Origin: Phaeosaccion multiseriatum
Taxonomy: Eukaryota > Protista > Ochrophyta, other classes
NCBI GenBank assembly: GCA_965112735.1
Contig: OZ218950.1
Coordinates: forward strand, 5,208,001 to 5,272,000
Length of the DNA: 64,000 nucleotides
Reading direction: 5' to 3'
Below are positions 55,201 to 64,000 of this stretch, one piece after another. A program made the translations under genes and the position numbers. The first letter of the stretch is position 1. Each line of letters opens with the position of its first letter. A model generated the notes under the pieces. It saw only the letters and a list, made by a program, of their open reading frames with translations. It made no database searches and had not been told where the DNA came from.

Positions 55201-58200
55201 TGGCGCTGGCGGTCTGGTGCAGATGTATGCTGGTGTGAGCACGGTACTGACGGGTGGTGTGGTGAGCATCGGGGGCGGCGAGGGTCGCGCCTCCACGAGC
55301 GGGTCTGTGACTGTGCGCTCTCTGAACGCTGGCACGGCTGGTACGAGTGGTCGTCTGGTGTTCAGCTCCGGCACGGCCAACTCCGGCAACAGCGGCGCCG
55401 TGCTCATCGGCAGTGGCGCCAGCACGGGAGGACGTGGCGGCATGGTGAGCCTGACGGCGGGCAGCGGCACCAGCGGCGCTGGCGGTCTGGTGCAGATGTA
55501 TGCCGGCGTGAGCACGGTACTGACGGGCGGTGTGGTGAGCATCGGGGGCGGCGAGGGCCGCGCGTCCACGAGCGGGTCTGTGACTGTGCGGTCTCTGAAC
55601 GCTGGCACGGCCGGCACGAGTGGTCGTCTGGTGTTCAGCTCTGGCACAGCCAACTCCGGCAACAGCGGCGCCGTGCTCATCGGCAGCGGCGCCAGCACGG
55701 GAGGACGCGGCGGCATGGTGAGCCTGACGGCGGGCAGCGGCACCAGCGGCGCTGGCGGTCTGGTGCAGATGTATGCTGGTGTGAGCACGGTACTGACGGG
55801 CGGTGTGGTGAGCATTGGAGGCGGCGAGGGCCGCGCGTCCACGAGCGGGTCTGTGACTGTGCGCTCTCTGAACGCTGGCACGGCTGGTACGAGTGGTCGT
55901 CTGGTGTTCAGCTCCGGCACGGCCAACTCCGGCAACAGCGGCGCCGTGCTCATCGGCAGCGGCGCCAGCACGGGAGGGCGTGGCGGCATGGTGAGCCTGA
56001 CGGCGGGCAGCGGCACCAGCGGCGCTGGCGGTCTGGTGCAGATGTATGCTGGCGTGAGCACGGTACTGACGGGCGGTGTGGTGAGCATCGGGGGCGGCGA
56101 GGGCCGCGCGTCCACGAGCGGGTCTGTGACTGTGCGCTCTCTGAACGCTGGCACGAAGGGTACGAGTGGTCGTCTGGTATTCAGCTCCGGCACGGCCAAC
56201 TCCGGCAACAGCGGCGCCGTGCTCATCGGCAGCGGCGCCAGCACGGGAGGACGTGGCGGCATGGTGAGCCTGACGGCGGGCAGCGGCACGAGTGGCGCTG
56301 GCGGTCTGGTGCAGATGTATGCTGGTGTGAGCACGGTACTGACGGGCGGTGTGGTGAGCATCGGGGGCGGCGAGGGCCGCGCGTCCACGAGCGGGTCTGT
56401 GACTGTGCGCTCTCTGAACGCTGGCACGGCTGGCACGAGTGGTCGTCTGGTGTTCAGCTCCGGCACGGCCAACTCCGGCAACAGCGGCGCCGTGCTCATC
56501 GGCAGCGGCGCCAGCACGGGAGGACGTGGCGGCATGGTGAGCCTGACGGCGGGCAGCGGTACCAGCGGCGCTGGCGGTCTGGTGCAGATGTATGCTGGCG
56601 TGAGCACGGTACTGACGGGCGGTGTGATGAGCATCGGGGGTGGCGAGGGCCGCGCGTCCACGAGCGGGTCTGTGACTGTGCGCTCTCTGAATGCTGGCAC
56701 GGCTGGCACGAGTGGTCGTCTGGTGTTCAGCTCTGGCACAGCCAACTCCGGCAACAGCGGCGCCGTGCTCATCGGCAGCGGCGCCAGCACGGGAGGACGC
56801 GGCGGCATGGTGAGCCTGACGGCGGGCAGCGGCACCAGCGGCGCTGGCGGTCTGGTGCAGATGTATGCTGGTGTGAGCACGGTACTGACGGGCGGTGTGG
56901 TGAGCATCGGGGGCGGCGAGGGCCGCGCGTCCACGAGCGGGTCTGTGACTGTGCGCTCTCTGAACGCTGGCACGGCTGGCACGAGTGGTCGTCTGGTGTT
57001 CAGCTCCGGCACGGCCAACTCCGGCAACAGCGGCGCCGTGCTCATCGGCAGCGGCGCCAGCACGGGAGGACGCGGCGGCATGGTGAGCCTGACGGCGGGC
57101 AGCGGCACGAGTGGCGCTGGTGGTCTGGTGCAGATGTATGCTGGTGTGAGCACGGTACTGACGGGCGGTGGGGTGAGCATCGGGGGCGGCGAGGGCCGCG
57201 CGTCCACGAGCGGGTCTGTGACTGTGCGCTCTCTGAACGCTGGTACGGCTGGCACGAGTGGTCGTCTGGTGTTCAGCTCCGGCACGGCCAACTCCGGCAA
57301 CAGCGGCGCCGTGCTCATCGGCAGCGGTGCCAGCACGGGAGGGCGTGGCGGCATGGTGAGCCTGACGGCGGGCAGCGGCACCAGCGGCGCTGGCGGTCTG
57401 GTGCAGATGTATGCTGGTATGAGCACGGTACTGACGGGCGGTGTGGTGAGCATCGGGGGCGGCGAGGGCCGCGCGTCCACGAGCGGGTCTGTGACTGTGC
57501 GCTCTCTGAACGCTGGCACGGCTGGCACGAGTGGTCGTCTGGTGTTCAGCTCCGGCACGGCCAACTCCGGCAACAGCGGCGCCGTGCTCATCGGAAGTGG
57601 CGCCAGCACGGGAGGACGTGGCGGCATGGTGAGCCTGACGGCGGGCAGCGGTACCAGCGGCGCTGGCGGTCTGGTGCAGATGTATGCTGGTGTGAGCACG
57701 GTACTGACGGGCGGTGTGGTGAGCATCGGAGGTGGCGAGGGCCGCGCGTCCACAAGTGGGTCTGTGACTGTGCGCTCTCTGAACGCTGGCACGGCGGGCA
57801 CGAGTGGTCGTCTGGTGTTCAGCTCCGGCACGGCCAACTCCGGCAACAGCGGCGCCGTGCTCATCGGCAGCGGCGCCAGCACGGGAGGACGCGGCGGCAT
57901 GCTGAGCCTGACGGCGGGCAGCGGCACCAGCGGCGCTGGCGCTCTGGTGCAGATGTATGCTGGTGTGAGCACGGTACTGACGGGCGGTGTGGTGAGCATC
58001 GGGGGCGGCGAGGGCCGCGCGTCCACGAGCGGGTCTGTGACTGTGCGCTCTCTGAACGCTGGCACGGCTGGCACGAGTGGTCGTCTGGTGTTCAGCTCCG
58101 GCACGGCCAACTCCGGCAACAGCGGCGCCGTGCTCATCGGCAGCGGCGCCAGCACGGGAGGGCGTGGTGGCATGGTGAGCCTGACGGCGGGCAGCGGCAC

Positions 58201-61200
58201 CAGCGGCGCTGGCGGTCTGGTGCAGATGTATGCTGGTGTGAGTACGGTACTGACGGGCGGTGTGGTGAGCATCGGGGGCGGCGAGGGCCGCGCGTCCACG
58301 AGCGGGTCTGTGACTGTGCGCTCTCTGAACGCTGGCACGGCTGGTACGAGTGGTCGTCTGGTGTTCAGCTCTGGCACGGCCAACTCCGGCAACAGCGGCG
58401 CCGTGCTCATCGGCAGCGGCGCCAGCACGGGAGGACGTGGCGGCATGGTGAGCCTGACGGCGGGCAGCGGCACCAGCGGCGCTGGCGGTCTGGTGCAGAT
58501 GTATGCTGGTGTGAGCACGGTACTGACGGGTGGAGTGGTGAGCATCGGGGGCGGCGAGGGCCGCGCATCCACAAGCGGGTCTGTGACTGTGCGCTCTCTG
58601 AACGCTGGCACGGCTGGTACGAGTGGTCGTCTGGTGTTCAGCTCCGGCACGGCCAACTCCGGCAACAGCGGCGCCGTGCTCATCGGCAGCGGCGCCAGCA
58701 CGGGAGGACGTGGCGGCATGGTGAGCCTGACGGCGGGCAGCGGCACCAGCGGCGCTGGCGGTCTGGTGCAGATGTATGCTGGTGTGAGCACGGTACTGAC
58801 GGGCGGTGTGGTGAGCATCGGGGGCGGCGAGGGCCGCGCGTCCACGAGCGGGTCTGTGACTGTGCGCTCACTGAACGCTGGCACGGCTGGCACGAGTGGT
58901 CGTCTGGTGTTCAGCTCCGGCACGGCCAACTCCGGCAACAGCGGCGCCGTGCTCATCGGCAGTGGCGCCAGCACGGGAGGGCGTGGCGGCATGGTGAGCC
59001 TGACGGCGGGCAGCGGCACCAGCGGCGCTGGCGGTCTGGTGCAGATGTATGCTGGTGTGAGCACGGTACTGACGGGCGGTGTGGTGAGCATCGGGGGTGG
59101 CGAGGGCCGCGCGTCCACAAGTGGGTCTGTGACTGTGCGCTCTCTGAACGCTGGTACGGCTGGCACGAGTGGTCGTCTGGTGTTCAGCTCCGGCACGGCC
59201 AACTCCGGCAACAGCGGCGCCGTGCTCATCGGCAGCGGCGCCAGCACGGGAGGACGTGGCGGCATGGTGAGCCTGACGGCGGGCAGCGGCACCAGCGGCG
59301 CTGGCGGTCTGGTGCAGATGTATGCTGGTGTGAGCACGGTACTGACGGGCGGTGTGGTGAGCATCGGGGGCGGCGAGGGCCGCGCGTCCACGAGCGGGTC
59401 TGTGACTGTGCGCTCTCTGAACGCTGGTGCGGCTGGCACGAGTGGTCGTCTGGTGTTCAGCTCCGGCACGGCCAACTCCGGCAACAGCGGCGCCGTGCTC
59501 ATCGGCAGCGGCGCCAGCACGGGAGGGCGTGGCGGCATGGTGAGCCTGACGGCGGGCAGCGGCACCAGCGGCGCTGGCGGTCTGGTGCAGATGTATGCTG
59601 GCGTGAGCACGGTACTGACGGGCGGTGTGGTGAGCATCGGGGGCGGCGAGGGCCGCGCGTCCACGAGCGGGTCTGTGACTGTGCGGTCTCTGAACGCTGG
59701 CACGGCTGGCACGAGTGGTCGTCTGGTGTTCAGCTCCGGCACGGCCAACTCCGGCAACAGCGGCGCTGTGCTCATCGGCAGCGGCGCCAGCACGGGAGGG
59801 CGCGGCGGCATGGTGAGCCTGACGGCGGGCAGCGGCACCAGCGGCGCTGGCGGTCTGGTGCAGATGTATGCTGGCGTGAGCACGGCCCTGACGGGAGGTG
59901 TGGTGAGCATCGGAGGTGGCGAGGGCCGCGCGTCCACAAGTGGGTCTGTGACTGTGCGCTCTCTGAATGCTGGCACGGCCGGCACGAGTGGTCGTCTGGT
60001 GTTCAGCTCCGGCACGGCCAACTCCGGCAACAGCGGCGCCGTGCTCATCGGCAGCGGCGCCAGCACGGGAGGACGCGGCGGCATGGTGAGCCTGACGGCG
60101 GGCAGCGGCACGAGTGGCGCTGGCGGTCTGGTGCAGATGTATGCTGGTGTGAGCACGGTACTGACGGGCGGTGTGGTGAGCATCGGGGGCGGCGAGGGCC
60201 GCGCGTCCACGAGCGGGTCTGTGACTGTGCGCTCTCTGAACGCTGGCACGGCTGGTACGAGTGGTCGTCTGGTGTTCAGCTCCGGCACGGCCAACTCCGG
60301 CAACAGCGGCGCCGTGCTCATCGGCAGCGGCGCCAGCACGGGAGGACGTGGCGGCATGGTGAGCCTGACGGCGGGCAGCGGCACCAGCGGCGCTGGCGGT
60401 CTGGTGCAGATGTATGCTGGCGTGAGCACGGTACTGACGGGCGGTGTGGTGAGCATCGGGGGCGGCGAGGGCCGCGCGTCCACGAGCGGGTATGTGACTG
60501 TGCGCTCTCTGAACGCTGGTACGGCTGGCACGAGTGGTCGTCTGGTGTTCAGCTCCGGCACGGCCAACTCCGGCAACAGCGGCGCCGTGCTCATCGGCAG
60601 CGGCGCCAGCACGGGAGGGCGCGGCGGCATGCTGAGCCTAACGGCGGGCAGCGGCACCAGCGGCGCTGGTGGTCTGGTGCAGATGTATGCTGGTGTGAGC
60701 ACGGTACTGACGGGCGGTGTGGTGAGCATCGGGGGCGGAGAGGGCCGCGCGTCCACGAGCGGGTCTGTGACTGTGCGCTCTCTGAACGCTGGCACGGCTG
60801 GTACGAGTGGTCGTCTGGTGTTCAGCTCCGGCACGGCCAACTCCGGCAACAGCGGCGCCGTGCTCATCGGCAGCGGCGCCAGCACGGGAGGGCGTGGCGG
60901 CATGGTGAGCCTGACGGCGGGCAGCGGCACCAGCGGCGCTGGCGGTCTGGTGCAGATGTATGCTGGTGTGAGCACGGTACTGACGGGCGGTGTGGTGAGC
61001 ATCGGGGGCGGCGAGGGCCGCGCGTCCACGAGCGGGTCTGTGACTGTGCGCTCTCTGAACGCTGGCACGGCTGGCACGAGTGGTCGTCTGGTGTTCAGCT
61101 CCGGCACGGCCAACTCCGGCAACAGCGGCGCCGTGCTCATCGGCAGCGGCGCCAGCACGGGAGGACGTGGCGGCATGGTGAGCCTGACGGCGGGCAGCGG

Positions 61201-64000
61201 CACCAGCGGAGCTGGCGGTCTGGTGCAGATGTATGCTGGCGTGAGCACGGTACTGACGGGCGGTGCGGTGAGCATCGGAGGCGGCGAGGGCCGCGCCTCC
61301 ACGAGCGGGTCTGTGACTGTGCGCTCTCTGAACGCTGGCACGGCCGGTACGAGTGGTCGTCTGGTGTTCAGCTCTGGCACGGCCAACTCCGGCAACAGCG
61401 GCGCCGTGCTCATCGGCAGCGGCGCCAGCACGGGAGGACGTGGCGGCATGGTGAGCCTGACGGCGGGCAGCGGCACCAGCGGCGCTGGCGGTCTGGTGCA
61501 GATGTATGCTGGCGTAAGCACGGTACTGACGGGCGGTGTGGTGAGCATCGGGGGCGGCGAGGGCCGCGCGTCCACGAGCGGGTCTGTGACTGTGCGCTCT
61601 CTGAACGCTGGCACGGCTGGTACGAGTGGTCGTCTGGTGTTCAGCTCCGGCACGGCCAACTCCGGCAACAGCGGCGCCGTGCTCATCGGCAGCGGCGCCA
61701 GCACGGGAGGGCGTGGCGGCATGGTGAGCCTGACGGCGGGCAGCGGCACGAGTGGCGCTGGCGGTCTGGTGCAGATGTATGCTGGTGTGAGCACGGTACT
61801 GACGGGCGGTGTGATGAGCATCGGGGGCGGCGAGGGCCGCGCGTCCACGAGCGGTTCTGTGACTGTGCGCTCTCTGAACGCTGGCACGAAGGGTACGAGT
61901 GGTCGTCTGGTGTTCAGCTCTGGCACGGCCAACTCCGGCAACAGCGGCGCCGTGCTCATCGGCAGCGGCGCCAGCACGGGAGGACGTGGCGGCATGCTGA
62001 GCCTGACGGCGGGCAGCGGCACCAGCGGCGCTGGCGCTCTGGTGCAGATGTATGCTGGTGTGAGCACGGTACTGACGGGCGGTGTGGTGAGCATCGGGGG
62101 CGGCGAGGGCCGCGCGTCCACGAGCGGGTCTGTGACTGTGCGCTCTCTGAACGCTGGCACGGCTGGCACGAGTGGTCGTCTGGTGTTCAGCTCCGGCACG
62201 GCCAACTCCGGCAACAGCGGCGCCGTGCTCATCGGCAGCGGCGCGAGCACGGGAGGGCGCGGCGGCATGGTGAGCCTGACGGCGGGCAGCGGCACCAGCG
62301 GCGCTGGCGGTCTGGTGCAGATGTATGCTGGTGTGAGCACGGTACTGACGGGCGGTGTGGTGAGCATCGGAGGCGGCGAGGGCCGCGCATCCACGAGCGG
62401 GTCTGTGACTGTGCGCTCTCTGAACGCAGGGGCGGCCGGAACGAGTGGTCGTCTGGTGTTCAGCTCTGGCACGGCCAACTCCGGCAACAGCGGCGCCGTG
62501 CTCATCGGCAGCGGCGCCAGCACGGGAGGACGTGGCGGCATGGTGAGCCTGACGGCGGGCAGCGGCACGAGTGGCGCTGGCGGTCTGGTGCAGATGTATG
62601 CTGGCGTGAGCACGGTACTGACGGGCGGTGTGGTGAGCATCGGGGGCGGCGAGGGGCGTGCATCCACGAGCGGTTCTGTGACTGTGCGCTCTCTGAACGC
62701 TGGCACGAAGGGTGCGAGTGGTCGTCTGGTGTTCAGCTCCGGCACGGCCAACTCCGGCAACAGCGGCGCCGTGCTCATCGGAAGTGGCGCCAGCACGGGA
62801 GGACGTGGCGGCATGCTGAGCCTGACGGCGGGCAGCGGCACCAGCGGCGCTGGTGGTCTGGTGCAGATGTATGCTGGTGTGAGCACGGTACTGACGGGCG
62901 GTGCGGTGAGCATCGGAGGCGGCGAGGGCCGCGCCTCCACGAGCGGGTCTGTGACTGTGCGCTCTCTGAACGCTGGCACGAAGGGTACGAGCGGTCGCCT
63001 GGTGTTCAGCTCCGGTACGGCCAACTCCGGCAACAGCGGCGCCGTGCTCATCGGCAGCGGCGCCAGCACGGGAGGACGTGGCGGCATGGTGAGCCTGACG
63101 GCGGGCAGTGGCACCAGCGGCGCTGGCGGTCTGGTGCAGATGTATGCTGGCGTGAGCACGGTACTGACGGGCGGTGTGGTGAGCATCGGGGGCGGCGAGG
63201 GCCGCGCGTCCACAAGTGGTTCTGTGACTGTGCGCTCTCTGAACGCTGGCACGGCCGGCACGAGTGGTCGTCTGGTGTTCAGCTCCGGCACGGCCAACTC
63301 CGGCAACAGCGGCGCCGTGCTCATCGGCAGCGGCGCCAGCACGGGAGGACGCGGCGGCATGGTGAGCCTGACGGCGGGCAGCGGCACTAGTGGCGCTGGC
63401 GGTCTGGTGCAGATGTATGCCGGCGTGAGCACGGTACTGACGGGCGGTGTGGTGAGCATCGGGGGCGGTGAGGGCCGCGCGTCCACAAGTGGGTCTGTGA
63501 CTGTGCGCTCTCTGAACGCTGGCACGAAGGGTACGAGTGGTCGCCTGGTGTTCAGCTCCGGCACGGCCAACTCCGGCAACAGCGGCGCCGTGCTCATCGG
63601 CAGCGGCGCCAGCACGGGAGGACGTGGCGGCATGGTGAGCCTGACGGCGGGCAGCGGCACGAGTGGCGCTGGCGGTCTGGTGCAGATGTATGCTGGCGTG
63701 AGCACGGCACTGACGGGCGGTGTGGTGAGCATCGGGGGCGGCGAGGGCCGCGCGTCCACGAGCGGGTCTGTGACTGTGCGCTCCCTGAACGCTGGCACGG
63801 CTGGCACGAGTGGTCGTCTGGTGTTCAGCTCCGGCACGGCCAACTCCGGCAACAGCGGCGCCGTGCTCATCGGCAGCGGCGCCAGCACGGGAGGACGTGG
63901 CGGCATGGTGAGCCTGACGGCGGGCAGCGGCACCAGCGGCGCTGGCGGCTTGGTGCAGATGTATGCTGGTGTGAGCACGGTACTGACGGGCGGTGTGGTG
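27798..64000 (+). CDS. Giant secreted Gly/Ser/Thr-rich beta-repeat fibre protein with an internal Peptidase_S74/ICA domain; at least 11,978 aa, 3' partial; exons 27798-28236 and 28506 to >64000
   Basis: Donor GGA G|gtgagt at 28236/7 and acceptor ttgcag|AG AAC at 28505/6 join in frame. Codons checked at 34229, 36602 and 63962 are all in frame with 28508, and the ORF track lists no terminated ORF in this frame, so it appears open to the window end. Repeat variation is mostly at third codon positions. Confidence 0.92.
28640..33900 (+). repeat. Degenerate coding repeats, ~15-aa unit [GS]G-x-hydrophobic-x-hydrophobic-x-[AGST]-G, acidic
   Basis: Translation such as GGDVDMTAG, GGSVELQGG, SGDILLRTG, GGDILISSG, with recurring T-[AT]-[ND]-AG landmarks. 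Nucleotide similarity between units is low. Confidence 0.85.
34229..34540 (+). other. Peptidase_S74 / intramolecular chaperone auto-processing (ICA) domain
   Basis: SDERIKTNINDLDVDDLLQRFQAVQMKEYGYTEEWRRVRELEGDPRVRGVIAQQLATVFPEHV..FHQVDKTSLVVDLVGALQSM. It shows the S-D-x-R-x-K Ser/Lys dyad, G-x-I-A-Q and a C-terminal helix. Confidence 0.9.
36540..64000 (+). repeat. Coding tandem array of about 100 near-identical 273-bp (91-aa) units, continuing past the window end
   Basis: ATG GTG AGC CTG recurs at 36605, 36878 ... 63905; 63905-36605 = 100 x 273 exactly. Confidence 0.98.

Noticed and set aside
36499-63978. 9,159-aa Pro-rich minus-strand ORF as a real giant protein
   Set aside because: It is the antisense shadow of the Gly-rich + frame (GG read as CC gives Pro). 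Its third codon positions coincide with those of the + frame, so it inherits apparent conservation. It ends where the homogeneous array ends, whereas the + frame continues into a signal peptide, PSI and ICA domains.
36540-64000. CRISPR array or non-coding satellite/centromeric DNA
   Set aside because: There are no unique spacers. The unit length is a multiple of 3, there is no net indel, variation is mainly synonymous, and the array is continuous with upstream coding sequence.
36540-64000. Ice-nucleation or antifreeze protein assignment
   Set aside because: The repeat is Gly/Ser/Thr-rich but lacks the regular TxT/SLT arrays and the AGYGST-type 16-mer of bacterial ice-nucleation proteins.

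Overview
Eukaryotic, GC-rich, intron-dense genomic DNA with GT-AG introns and many microsatellites. The PCNA sequence and gene style suggest a stramenopile alga, which is only an inference. Positions 1-27.3 kb hold eight ordinary multi-exon genes: a cyclin (5' partial), PCNA, a hypothetical thioredoxin-like protein, an NB-ARC/TPR NLR-like protein, an IQ-motif protein, WDR83/MORG1, a Lys/Ala-rich hypothetical protein and a PPR protein. From 27,798 to beyond the window end lies one giant + strand gene whose main exon is missing from the supplied ORF track because it has no stop codon in the window. It encodes at least 11,978 aa. Exon 1 gives a signal peptide and two PSI-like Cys domains; after one intron comes an uninterrupted exon of at least 35.5 kb. 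That exon encodes about 1,900 aa of degenerate Gly-rich ~15-aa beta-strand repeats, then an internal Peptidase_S74-type intramolecular chaperone/auto-cleavage (ICA) domain (YSSDERIKTNI...GVIAQ), of the kind known from phage tailspikes and MYRF. It continues into about 100 near-identical 273-bp (91-aa, six-rung) tandem repeats. The best candidate for a novel system is this secreted, probably self-cleaving, trimeric beta-helical fibre resembling a phage tail fibre. The 9,159-aa Pro-rich minus-strand ORF is its antisense shadow.
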